Positions 1-12,164 of a stretch of DNA of 64,000 nt are shown here, in pieces. A program made the position numbers and the translations under genes. The notes beneath the pieces were generated by a model. It was given only the letters and a program-made list of their open reading frames with translations. It had not been told where the DNA came from and did no database searches. Source of the stretch: Squalus acanthias (lineage: Eukaryota); contig CM059432.1 in NCBI GenBank assembly GCA_030390025.1, positions 134,542,001-134,606,000 of the forward strand, in the 5' to 3' direction. How positions within the stretch are numbered: position 1 is the first letter of the stretch; every line of letters starts with the position of its first letter.

Positions 1-401
1 TACCTCAGCCCAAACATCCAGTTTTTACCCTGGTCGGCATGTGTCCTCAGTGTCAGGAGGGCTCTGAGCACTTCAGAGTTTTATCATCAAACAGATTCAT
101 GTGAAATAGAATCAGAGATTCAAGAGATGAAGATCCCGCCCACATTTCTACAACCAGGCAGAATTCTGAAGTTTCCTTGTAGCCGTGCCTTCACTGATAA
201 ACCAATATTTACCACCCCACATGTGCCATGAATTGTATAATACTGACAATTTCTATTGAAATTGTTTCTGAATAATGACATACTCCCAGCACACTACAAG
301 GAAGCAAAAAAATTCCAGAGACAGAGAGAGCGATCAATTGAGCTGGCAAGATATAAATGAAAACTGCCTGAGATGAGGAATGAGCCAAACTGAGTGACAC
401 T

Positions 402-513
402 AGAAAGGAAAGCCAGCATTTATATAGCACCTTTCACAACCACAGGACGTTCCAAAGCTCTTTACAGCCAATGAAGCACTTCTGAAATGTAGCCACTGTT
501 GTGACGTAGGAAA
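402..513 (-). mobile_element. 3' tail fragment of Deu-domain SINE (L2-like tail)
   Basis: Reverse complement matches the tails at 6570-6670 and 18970-19085 (…ggctgtaaag…gtgaaaggtgctatataaatgc). Confidence 0.75.
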
Positions 514-699
514 TTTGATCAGAACAGTGAAGATTTCAGTACAGTTGTTTTCATGCAATCATGTGGAGATGTAATATACACCGCGTCTGACAAGATCTCC
601 ACATTTACAGGAGTAACTCTGCTTTCCTGCAATAGGCAAACTAACCATTGAAAAAAAATTGTTTATCAGATATCTATTTCAATTGGATTTACAATCGGA

Positions 700-815
700 C
701 CAAGAGCTGGAAAGTGGGATTAGGCTGGATAGCTCTTCTTTGGCCGGCACAGATACAATGTGCCAAATAGCCTCCTTCTGTGGCATAAATTTCGATGATT
801 CTATTCTATGATTCT
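700..815 (+). mobile_element. CR1-type 3' terminal fragment
   Basis: 3' module (…cctccttctgtg…) followed by a degenerate (ATTCTATG)n tail. Confidence 0.7.
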
Positions 816-944
816 GTAAAGTGGTAACTATAGGTTCTTAGTAACTACAATTCAGATTTAGTAAAACATTGCAATAGATCATTCAAATACACACTTTTAC
901 AGAATGGGAAAGACAGAACTGTGGAAGTGGTAAGGGGTCTGACA

Positions 945-1800
945 CATTAAAAACAAACACAATATTAAACCATGAACAGAACCCCAATACACAAAACAAC
1001 ATAAAAGTACAAACAGAACTCCAGTACACAAACACGCCATTAAACCATGAACAGAATCCCAATACACAAACACACCATTAAACCATGAACAGAATCCCAA
1101 TACACAACCACACCATTAAACCATGAACATAATCCCAGTACACAAACACACCATTAAACCATGAACAGAATCCCAATACACAACCACACCATTAAACCAT
1201 GAACATAATCCCAGTACACAAACACACCATTAAACCATGAACAGAATCCCAATACACAAACACCCATTAAACCATGAACAGAATCCCAATACACAAACAC
1301 CCATTAAACCATGAACAGAATCCCAATACACAAACACCCATTAAACCAGGAACAGAATCCCAATACACAAACACACCATTAAACCGTGAACAGAATCCCA
1401 ATACACAAACACTCAATTAAACCATTAAAAGAATCCCAATACACAAACACACCATTAAACCAGGAACAGAATCCCAATACACAAACACTCAATTAAACCA
1501 TTAAAAGAATCCCAATACACAAACACCCCATTAAACCATGAACAGAATCCCAATACACAAACACCCCATTAAACCAGGAACAGAATCCCAATACACAAAC
1601 ACCCCATTAAACCAGGAACAGAATCCCAATACACAAACACACTATCATAAAAAACACAAATCCCCAGTACAGACACACCATCAAAAAACACGGAGCCCCC
1701 AATACACAAAGAGAAGCTCCAATACACAAACACAATACACACAGCCCCAATGCACAAACACATTTATAAAAGAGCCCCAGTGGAATGCACAAACACAACA
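945..1800. repeat. Minisatellite, 37-38 bp unit AATACACAAACACACCATTAAACCATGAACAGAATCCC
   Basis: About 17 well-conserved tandem copies at ~985-1640, with degenerate units on both flanks. Confidence 0.95.
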
Positions 1801-1856
1801 TTTTACTGAGAAAAACAATTATTAGTTTAATTGAATCCTAAGGAAACACCTCTGGC

Positions 1857-2835
1857 TGTTGTTACGAACCTTCGATTACAAGGGACGGCTGCTCTGATCC
1901 GTTGGGTAAGTCCCGGTATAAGCGCACAGTCTGAATAAGACGAACCCACTAATAAGATCTCCAGCAGATTGTATTAATAAGCTTTTACTTGGAAAAAAAC
2001 CCGGTAAGTGTGCCTGGTCATAACGTGCTCAGTATGTCCAGATCGCATTGGTCCCCGTGGCTCAAAGCGTCCTGAGTTCTTTCGATTCCCCTTATATAAG
2101 ACAGACCGGCTCATTGCGAGCATTACATAATGGATTAGATCCTGAGTTTGAATGTGGAAGATGTATTATTCCCGAAGGGTGGTGCGTGGTTTATTAATGC
2201 ACACGGTTTCAGATAACCACGCCTTTTCCAACTTCTATACAATGATATTCAGTCTAAAAAGTAGCACAGCAAATCAAACACAGACTAAACAACCCCGCAC
2301 AAACAGATAGCCGGAACACAGCCGTGTTGGTATCATAATGAAGACTTACTTTGTAGACATATTTCTCCAGGTAATTTCTCCACAGTCCAATACCACTGAC
2401 GCAATTCATTCAAAACCGGTACAATCAGGTGTCGGTTTGAGCCTCAGACTCTTACTTGCTCCCCTATCGCTGGCCGCTGCTGACTGAATCAAGAAGATAT
2501 TCTGGAGCTGATTTCAATCGAAATCTGTTCCACGCTTCGATGTTCAGGTTCACAGAGACTTGTCTACAATGCCCCCTAGTTTACCTACTTCTGATCGGGA
2601 AAGGCTGTCAGTTTGGGAAGTGTGGCCCCTGCCTGCTCTGTAACCGGTTCCCTGAGATCCACACACCTTACCTGTTGCTTCCATCTAAACTCCGTCTCGT
2701 TTCTGAAGCTGCTCGCGTCCTGTTCAAAGAGATTGTGGCGCCTCCACATGTCCTATCGGCAGATACGACGACCGCTTTTATACTTGGTCCTGACTGATCA
2801 ACAAAATGTACTTGTGCTCAATTCGCTGAATGTTG
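1857..2835 (-). mobile_element. Possible LTR-like sequence (one or two LTR relics)
   Basis: Starts TGTTGTTACG; minus-strand TATA-like boxes at ~2091 and ~2778; no matching CA end or TSD found. Confidence 0.35.
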
Positions 2836-2837
2836 TC

Positions 2838-3310
2838 GAGAATTTTACAGCATAGAAACAGGCCTTTCGGCCAGACTGGTCTGTGCCGGTGTTTATGCTC
2901 CACACGAGCCTCCTCCCACCTCACTTTACAACATTTTTCCCTATATTAAAGGTGACTACACTTCAAAAGTACTTCATTGGCTGTAAAGCACTTTTGGAGG
3001 TCCTGGGGTCGTGAAAGGTGCTATATAAATGCAAGTCTTTCTTTATTTCATCTCACCCCAACAACATAATCTTCCATTCCTTTCTCCCTGGTGTTTATCT
3101 AGCTTCCCCTTAAATACATCTATGCTATTCGCCTCAACTACTCCTTGTGGTAGCGAGTTCTACATTCTCACCACTGAATTCCTTATTCGATTTATAAGTG
3201 GCTATCTTACATTCATGACCCCTAGTTTTAGACTCCTCACAAGTGGAAATATCTTCTCCATGTCTATCTTATCAAACCCCTTTCAAAATCTTAAAGACCT
3301 CTATTAGGTC
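2838..3310 (-). mobile_element. CR1 3' fragment interrupted by a SINE tail (~2926-3045, +)
   Basis: CR1 3' end continuous on both sides of the insert; same family as 14882-15120. Confidence 0.75.
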
Positions 3311-3904
3311 TATCACTCGCTTTATAACAACACGCATAGAGCAGGACTCTGCACGCAACCTAATGCCCAAGTTCAACCCATCATGATTTAAGCATATGCC
3401 TTCATTGGTCACAAACCCCAATTCTGGCAGGTGGGATTTCTCTAAACAATATCTGTTGGTACAAACTCCACACACCCTCCTCCCCATAAAACGGGAGCAT
3501 CTATTCCCAATTCTCCCTGAAACTTCACTGCTCCCGATATTGTGACCATTGAACACCCAATGGTCCTGGCCTGCTCACATTTCCCGGGACTTGCAGTTAA
3601 AAAAAAACCACATTTTAACAATTCATCGAGGTTCCGTGTATAAACCCTGTCACACAGCAGCAGCAGCGATTGGGACAAATCATAGACTAACTAGAACCTA
3701 CAGGACGGAAGATTAACAGTAACAAAACGAGTTAAATATCCTTACAATGACAGTATCAGTGACCAATATCGCCAGTGGTGGGAATCCACAGACCCCCCTT
3801 GTCTATTCCTCATTCACTAGACTCTCTTCAGTTTCACACGATGAAATCAGACCAGACCAGACTGGGCACAGGGCAGCTCCCTCCAGTATTCACCCATCAA
3901 CGTG

Positions 3905-4298
3905 TCATAGAGTCCTAACGGCACAGAAGGAGGCCATTCGGCCCATCGAGTCCGTGCCAGCTCTCTGTAGAGCAATCCAGTCAGTCCCATTCCCCCTCTC
4001 TATCCCTGTTGCCCTGCAAGTTTATTTCCCTCAAGTGCCTATCCAGTCTCCCCTTGAAAACATTGAGTGTCTCCGCTTCCACCACTTCAGTCCGCAGCGA
4101 GTTCCAGGTGCGGAAAAAAGTTTTCCCTCACACCCCCACCCCCTGTATCTCTTGCCCAAAACCTTAAATCTGTGTCCCCTAGTCCTTGTACCATCAACTA
4201 GTGGGAACAGCCTTTCCTCGTCTAGCCTATCCAAACCTGTCATAATCTTGTCCACCTTTATCAAATCACCCCTCAGCCTCCTTTGCTCTAATGAAAAC
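3905..4298 (-). mobile_element. CR1 LINE 3' fragment
   Basis: ORF 4031..4300 FSLEQRRLRGDLIKVDKIMTGLDR…TRTRGH is the CR1 ORF2 C-terminus, followed by 3' UTR. Confidence 0.9.
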
Positions 4299-6046
4299 AA
4301 AGTGCTGTTGTATTTTTAAAGAGGTTTTAGACGTGGGGAAGTTGACTGTCCGAGGGATGGAGTTTAAAGGGAGCTGAACCACACAAGGAACAGAGAGCCC
4401 CAGCCAGGAGAGGAGAGGAGACGTCAACCCAGCTCCTGGGTAGACGTGTTAACAGGGAAAATCCATGGCAACGTGCAACCGACATACAAGGGGCGTGGAT
4501 TCCACTTCTCGCCATCTCCTGTGCTAACATTTCAGTTCTGTTCAATAAATTCGAGTTTTAATTTGATGGCACTTTATTATTTTAAGGCCCCCTTCTGTGA
4601 TTTTGACACCACATTAAAACGGACACATGTGGATTTTATAATGTTGCGTGCACAGAATTCTCTCCCCCAAACACTCATTACATTTAGATGAAAGAATCCC
4701 TTTTCCCTAAACGTTTAGAAATTGAGCAGGGGGGGGGTCCATCCAACAAACCCCTTCAGCACTTCGCAAACCAAGTCTGATACCACGCTGGAGTTATACT
4801 TTATGCAGTTGTCAACCCGAAGCAGATCGGGCCCGGACTCTAGATTTATGCTGGCAGTTTAGTGTTGGTGAGAAACTGAAATTGCTCTGCACTGATACTA
4901 AACTTGCAATGTAAGTGCAGGACACCCTCAGCCTGAGACTGGTAGCGGCAGTGGCGCTTCCAGCCAAAGAGCACCCTATAGCTACACGACTGATACTCCA
5001 CTTCTGCTGCCCAGGAGAGAGTTCTGTACAGGTGTGCTTACAGGAGGCACATAGCCCTTCCAGCAGATTAATTGTAATTGTTTGGAGCGCATGGGAGGCA
5101 GTGTCTGCATTGTCTAACATTTAAATTAAACACAGGTCGGTTTCAAAAAGGTACCCAGGAGGACTAAAGGACGCGTTCGACATGTTTTTACACCTTGTTT
5201 GGCATTATGTTCGGAATGATTCTAGTTTAAGTGGTGCCAGACCGTCCCCTCGAGGGAGTCTCACACTGCTTCTCTCTGCCTTTAACTCAGAGCCTGGCCA
5301 TGGATTTACACTACAACGACATTGGTGTCCCCTGCAAACACACTCTTACGAAGGTGGCTTGGCTCTTGTAAAGTTATTAGACGAGCTTTTCTCATTAATG
5401 TTGATCAACCTTCCAGCAAGGATGTCATTTGCAAAAAATGCCATTGCTTGATAAGTATATTTTGCCATTTGTGTGTGATGACATGGTGATACACAATCCC
5501 GCCAGATACAGTCCCTTCTCTGATTAGCAGCGATACCCATTTACAGTAAATGGGCAATGTAACCCGAATCTGCACAAAGATTCAGTAACCAGTGAGTAAA
5601 GGACCGAATTACTTTGTAATGATTTTATTGTAAAATTATTAACGTTAACTAATGACAGTAAAATAATTAACAGATTTGGACAACAGTAACACATCTTACA
5701 AGACACATTGGTCCTTCAGACTAGAGAAGACTCATGCAATTCATAATAGCTGACTGACCCTTCACACTGGACCAGATTGACATTTGACTTCAAGATCCTT
5801 GTCAAATCTCTCCATGACCTCCTCCATCCAGTCTGAGTGATCCTTTCCAATCATACAACCTAGCCTGCCTCTTCATTTCCTCTCATTTTAGATTACATCT
5901 TAATTCCCCATTTCCTTCATGCCACCCTTAAAGCTGACCATTAATAAAACCATGTTGTCTTGCTATCTCCCCTCTCCTCTGACTCCCCAAATTTTTTCTT
6001 TGCCCATGATTTTGGTCTCCTTTCTTTTCCAATTTTCTTCTTTCTA

Positions 6047-6672
6047 GGTGTCAGCCTTGGCTCAGTTGAAATACTCTCGCTTCTGAGTCAGAAGGTTGTG
6101 GGTTCAAATCCCACTCCAGAGAACATAATCTAGGCTGACACTCCAGTGCAGTAATGAAGGAGTGCTGCACTGTCAGAAGTGCTGTCTTTCAGATGAGATG
6201 TTAAACCGAGGCCTCGTCTTTCTTCTCAAGTGGACGTAAAAGATCCCACGGCACTATTTCGATGAAGAGCAGGGGAGGTCTCACCAGTGTTCTGGCCAAC
6301 ATTTATCCCTCAACCAACACCTAAAACAGATTATCTGGTCATTTATTTCATTGATGTTTATTTATTTATTTTTTTAAATTCATTTTATGGGATCTGGGCA
6401 TTGCTGGCAAAGCCAGCATTTATTGCCCATCCCTAATTGCCCTTGAGAAGGTGGTGGTGAGCCGCCTTCTTGAACCACTGCAGTCCGTGTGGTGAAGTTA
6501 CTCCCACAGTGCTACTAGGGAGGGAGTTCCAGGATTATTGGACCTTGCTGTGCGCAAATTGTCTGTCACGTTTCCTATATTACAACAGTGACTAAACTTC
6601 AAAAAGTACTTCATTGGCTGTAAAGTGCTTTGGGATTGTGAAAGGCCTCTGAAAGTAAGTTTTCTTTCTTTG
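6047..6672 (+). mobile_element. tRNA-derived Deu-domain SINE (SacSINE1-like), interrupted at ~6372-6533
   Basis: A box TGGCTCAGTTG, B box GGTTCAAATCC, Deu core (gtgctgcactgtc…gatgagatgttaaaccgagg…aaagatccc), L2-like tail. Confidence 0.85.
6372..6533 (-). mobile_element. 3' end of second CR1-group LINE family, nested in the SINE
   Basis: Matches the 3' ends at 28238-28553 and 31530-31795. Confidence 0.85.
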
Positions 6673-7230
6673 TTTAATTCCTGCTTGGTATCCATTTTTA
6701 ACTTGTTAAGTGCTCCGAGACATTTCTTTAATGCGAGGAGCACTATATAAGTGAAAGTTGTTGTAACACAGCGTATACTAATCTTTCATATAAGCACAAA
6801 GAAACAGGTTCCTCTTCAGTGATGGTCATGGCAACACACCAATCCTTCAGATTGAACAAACACTCAGCAACAGATTAACCCTTTAGGACGGGAAAAGACT
6901 AACCTTGCTCATAATAACACAAAAATCCTTCCGACTAGATAAGACAAATATCATGAACAGTGCACCATACACAAATACCATAGTAACAGATTAATACTTC
7001 AGTACTGGACAAGACTAACGCATACATATTAACAGTACAGACATTATTTAGAACGACTCAGTGTTAACATACGGTGCAGTCACAAATTGATTCTTCAGTT
7101 ACAAGTGAAAGCAACAGACAAACCTTTCAGTATTAATCAGCTCTAATTGATGCATCAAACATAATTAGACTGGCTCTTATGTTCCATCCAGTTCTAATAC
7201 AAAACCTTATACACTGACAAATCCTCCAGC

Positions 7231-7312
7231 TAAAGGAAGAAAGGAGGAAAGGAGGAAAGAAAGAAGACAGAAAGAAAGGAGGAAGGAAAGAAAGAAAGAA
7301 CGAAAGAAAGGA
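7231..7312. repeat. Purine-rich (GAAA/GGAA)n microsatellite
   Basis: Direct reading. Confidence 0.85.
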
Positions 7313-8329
7313 GAACCACTGCTGCTGAACCTGACGGATTGTCTGGGGCCAGGCTTCATAATTTAACTATACAGGCGGACACCTAAGCCACTATGGCTGC
7401 GCCTGGGGTGCTCACTAGTGTGAGGACGGGGGAGGAAGAAGCGGTCGTGATCAGCCGCTTGTTAGGTCCACATGGGCTCCAGCAGCAGTCATGAAAGGGC
7501 CTAACAGCCTTCTTGTAAAGGGAGCCAAATGGAGCAGATAAAGGTTCCACCCCATACAGATGCCCCTCCCTCAGAAACGTTTTATGGAGGCTGGGACCTA
7601 GTGTATCCTGGGGAGGGGGAAGGGTTTATACCAGGAGGGTTCTGGAAAGGCCCAAGGGAATTCAAGGCCAAAGAAAGAAAATGTATATAGCACTTTATCA
7701 CACCTTAAAGTGCTTCACACACCATAAATTACTTTTGAAATACAGCTACTGTTGTTGGGTAGGCAAACGTCACAGAATAATAAATTATAGATCTGAGTGT
7801 TGGCCACCAGTGAATCTTATTTACTAATTCATAGACATGAAATTCAGGTAGCCCTGAATGATAACACTTGAATGCAAGTTATTAATTCAAGTCATGAAAG
7901 AATATATTTCCTCTGGGTGCTAATTTGAATGAAAAAGTATATAATTAAACAGGTTAACACGACTGGTTGAAAGTGGCAATAAACATTTCATCCATTATTA
8001 GTGTTACTTTAAGTTTTATTCTCATCCTTAACTGAATGTAATGCAAATTGGCGAAAAAGTTTTTAAAAAGTGCATATTCATTGAAGACTTTGTTGAAGGC
8101 CTATCCTGAGAAAATTATGTAGAATTGCCCAGGAGCGGATATAAATGAAATGTGAGCCCTGTATTAAGAATAAAGGCAAGACATACAAATGATGGGAAAG
8201 ATATGGATGTATCAGCACAGAGTTATTGTAAGTTAACAGTACAGAGCAGTTTTCAGTCACACAATGGCTATAGTGGCAATTGTCAGTATTAAACAGGAGG
8301 TAGGAGCAGGAGAAAGTGACTTGGAAGTG

Positions 8330-9950
8330 TAGGAGGTTCTTTACTCACAGAACAAACTACCTCAGGGAGTTAATTTACTTCACCAGAGTCAACTACCTTG
8401 GCATAGATAACGACTAGTGCAAGATGGGACTGCGGCTATGGTGGAACTGTAACCTTGGTCTATGAAAACTTGTAGGCACAGTCAGTCATTTGCCCTGAAT
8501 TACCAGTGACAGTCACTACATGCCACAGGTCTCTCTTCATAGGTGACCCTGAAGGGATAATTGCAAGGCCTAGCCCTTCTCGGGCTACCCCAGATCAGGC
8601 GTATTCCCCAGACGTTCCCCTTCAACTAAAGTTAGAGGTAGCCGAATCCTATAAGACGCTTAGTTGGGTCTAAAGGTCAGACTATCTCTCCCTAAAGGAA
8701 AGGAATGGCCTGAAGATGTTACTGTCCTCCGGATAGCACTTTTAACAAGTTTAACTAGACTGTAACCTTCCGGATATTATGAGGGTTTGGAAAACCCCCC
8801 AGAATTCTGCAACTCCTCACAGAAGTGTGTACAGAAATTGAGTTCGCGAGATTGATACAGAAATACTCTGAGACAATTTAAAAAATATATAGATTTATTA
8901 ATGAACCGACATGTAGTTAACAGCTGTTGATTTCAATCGCAACTTTAACAGTCCAAAATACAAATAGCTTACATTTCTTATCAGAGATCCTTATTCTCAA
9001 ATCTTAACTTCGTTACATTTCCACACTTCTACTTATTCTTAATCCAGAATATCCACCAAAATCAAATACCTTGATTACCCGAGACTCAAAGAGTTAAAAA
9101 CTTACAGAGCCTGTCTCTGAAGTTGAGAATCGCTTGCCTTTCCAGCGACTTCTGACTTTCTATCTGAAAAGCTCTATTTTTATACCTTTTTTAGTGGTTT
9201 ATCCTTTGAAGTTTTCTGCTATGTAAGCTAATTATCTCTAGCCATACCTCTGTTGACTTCTTTCTATTCTTACTGTTAATTCAGCTGTTAGCTTTCAGAA
9301 TCCTGTCTGCTGTTAGGTGTTTCAAAACCTATCATATAAAATAGTTATTACAGATTTATCTCTTTGATGCCATTCTTTCGAAGGTCTTCAATTCAATTCT
9401 TAATATTGGCTTAACTGCTTGTATTTCAGACTTCTCGTCTCCTTGTGTTCCAAGTTTAACACATAAACAATGTGATTGCTTGGTACATCTATTGATGTAA
9501 TATTTTCAAAAGTCTTCTGTAGGTATCTTTTACAACATGTAAATTAAAAACACTTCATCCAGGGTGTTCTTTGCATTTCTTAGCTACTTCAATTGGTTGT
9601 ATATATAATCGTGATTCCTGTTTCATTTGATGTTACTTTTACAAAGACACATGGTTTTTTAATATTCTGTGTTCCTGTTTGAAGTGTTAGCTTTTAACAC
9701 TTTACTTGGGCATTGCTATTGTGTTGGTTCCAAACTGCAGACTCCTTGGAACCAACTCTTTGCTTCTTCAATAGGCCATTGTCTCAGTGTCAATAACCAA
9801 TCTTTATCTCAAAAGCCTGTATGGTGTTTACAGCTTTGTGACGTTGAGGCTTTTAGATTTTTAAACCCAGTTTGTCATGTTTTAATAAAATCAGAATTCT
9901 GTTCATAGGATGGTGTATTTTTCTGAATAGGTTTGGCTCATTCCTTTACA
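8330..9950 (-). mobile_element. Possible long LTR-like sequence
   Basis: Minus-strand AATAAA at ~8895 and TATA-like TTTTATA at ~9178; several TGTA starts, but termini and TSD unresolved. Confidence 0.3.
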
Positions 9951-10014
9951 ACCCCTCATCCATGGTTAGATCCTAATGAACTTACAGTGCAGCATTTCAG
10001 TCACTTTTATATCA

Positions 10015-10400
10015 GTCCTATAATGTGGCGCCAGAAACTGCACACAAAACTCCAACTGTGGCCTGTGGCCTTGTATAGTTCAACATTACCTCCTTGTATG
10101 CTCTTGTATGCTTCTAGACACAAAACCAAGGATTCTGTTTGCCTTTTTTGTGGCCTTATTTACTTATGTTACCACCTTTAATAACCGATGTATCCGCGCA
10201 CCAAGGTCCCTCTGCTCTTCTACTCCATTTAAAATGTTACCATTCCAGATTTCCTTTCCCTATTCTTACTTCCAAAATGTATTAGTTCATATTTCCCCTC
10301 CCCACCCCCATTGAAATGTATCTGACACCAACCTCTCCATCTTGCTAGCCAATCTATGGCCTCCTGTAGCTCTTCACAATCCTCATCATCATTTTCCATA
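10015..10400 (-). mobile_element. Old CR1 RT fragment
   Basis: ORF 10229..10414 EDCEELQEAIDWLARW…LIHFGSKN. Confidence 0.75.
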
Positions 10401-10402
10401 TG

Positions 10403-12164
10403 CCTCCTAATCACTAGCCTCCTATCCTCCCTTAATCTCTCCCTCCATGTAAACTCCCCAACCCATATTCACGGCCACCCTCTCGACCTTGCCATCTCTC
10501 ATGGCCTCACTACTCCCATCGTGCCAATTGCAGATAAGGTCATCTCTGACCATTTCCTCATATCACTCTCCACCCACATCCCCCTTCCACCCACCTCCCC
10601 CAACCCTACTTTCTTCTGTGTCCGCCCCTGGAAAAAACTCTCTCCCAACTCTCTTACAACTGCACTTATGAAATCCCAACTGTCCAGCCTCTGACCCTCC
10701 ATTCACCATGACATTTCTGCAGCTACCTATCTGCTCAACCACACCCTCACCACTACCTTTGATGCCCTAGTCCCTACTAAAACAATTACCCTCTCTCACC
10801 CTGGCCGTTCCCCCGGTACGGCTCTCATCTTCACTCCCTTAAGTCCAAGGGACGCAGACTCGAAAGGATATGGCAGACAACAGGTTTAGCCATTCACCGC
10901 CAGATCTAGCTGGACCACATAAAGCATTATCGGGCCCTGCTCTCGTCTGCCAAAATTGCTCACTATTCCAGAATCATTCTGGAACACAAAGATAAACCCC
11001 GGCTCCTATTCTCTACTGCTAACCGTCTTCTTAAACCCCTCTCCCCTGTCTCCTTCACCCTCACCTCCAATAACAAGTGTGAGGAGCTCATGGACTTCTT
11101 TGTCTCTAAGATTGAGACCATCTGTTCAGCTGCCTCTGCCACTTCCCTTCCTTCCCCTAGCCCACTGGACCAAACTTCCTCTAAGGTTCCCCCCAGCCCT
11201 AGCCTGAGCTCACATCTTTCTCCAGTTTCTCTCCGATCTCCCCTCATGACCTCTCTGCGCTCATATTGTCCATGAGACCCACCTCCTGCTCCCTCGACTT
11301 TATTCCCACCAAACTGCTGACCACCCAACTTCCTTTTCCGGCTCCCATGTTAGCTGATATTGTTAATGGTTCTCTCTCCTCAGGTAGTGTCCCCCTCTTC
11401 CTCAAATCTGCCGTCATCACCCCTCTCCTCAAAAAAACAACCCTTGATCCCTCCGTCCTTGCAAACTACCATCCCATCTCCAACCTCCCTTTCCTCTCCA
11501 AAGTCCTTGAATATGTCGCCTTCCAAATCCGTGCCCATCTTTCCCGTAATTCCATGTTTGAATCCCTCCAATCAGGTTTCCGTTCTTGCCACAGTATTGA
11601 AAAAGCTCTCATCAAAGTCACAAATGATACCCTTTGTGACTGTGACAAAGGTAAACTATCCCTCCTCGTCCTTCTTGACTTGTCTGCAACCTTTGACACA
11701 GTTGACCACTCCATCCTTCTCCAACGCCTCTCCACCGTTGTCCAGCTGGGTGGGACTGCACTCGCCTGGTTCCATTCTTATCTATCTAATCGTAACCAGA
11801 GAATCACCTGCAACAGCTTCTCTTCCCACTCTCGCATCGTTACCTCTGGTGTCCCCCAAGGATCTATCCTTGGCCACCTCCTATTTCTCATCTACATGTT
11901 GCCTATTGGCGACATCATCTGAAAACACAGCATCAGTTTCCACATGTATGCTGACGACACCCAGCTCTACCTCACTACCTCTTCTCTCGACCCCTCCACG
12001 GTGTCTAAATTGTCAGACTGCTTGTCCGACATACAGTTCTGGATTAGCAAAAAATTTCTCCAATTAAATATTGGGAAGTTTCCGCCACAAACTCCATTCC
12101 CTAGTCATTGGCTCCATCCCACTCCCTAACATCTGTCTGAGGCTGAATCACACGGTTCGCAACC
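10403..12164 (+). mobile_element. L2 LINE ORF2 fragment (endonuclease C-terminus, tether, RT), disrupted
   Basis: PTHIHGHPLDL…SDHF; NYHPISNLPFLSKVLE; QSGFR; LLDLSATFDTVDH; GVPQGSILG; YADDTQLY; stops and frameshifts. Confidence 0.92.

Noticed and set aside
945..1800. CRISPR-like array, or coding ORFs 1538..1825 and overlapping frames
   Set aside because: Units are contiguous with no unique spacers and there are no cas genes; the ORFs are translations of the repeat.
4303..4760. Solo LTR
   Set aside because: LTR-like layout with AATAAA at ~4543, but no matching termini and TSD could be found.
5346..5540. Minus-strand exon ending at a GTAAG donor
   Set aside because: No recognisable protein similarity and no clear acceptor.
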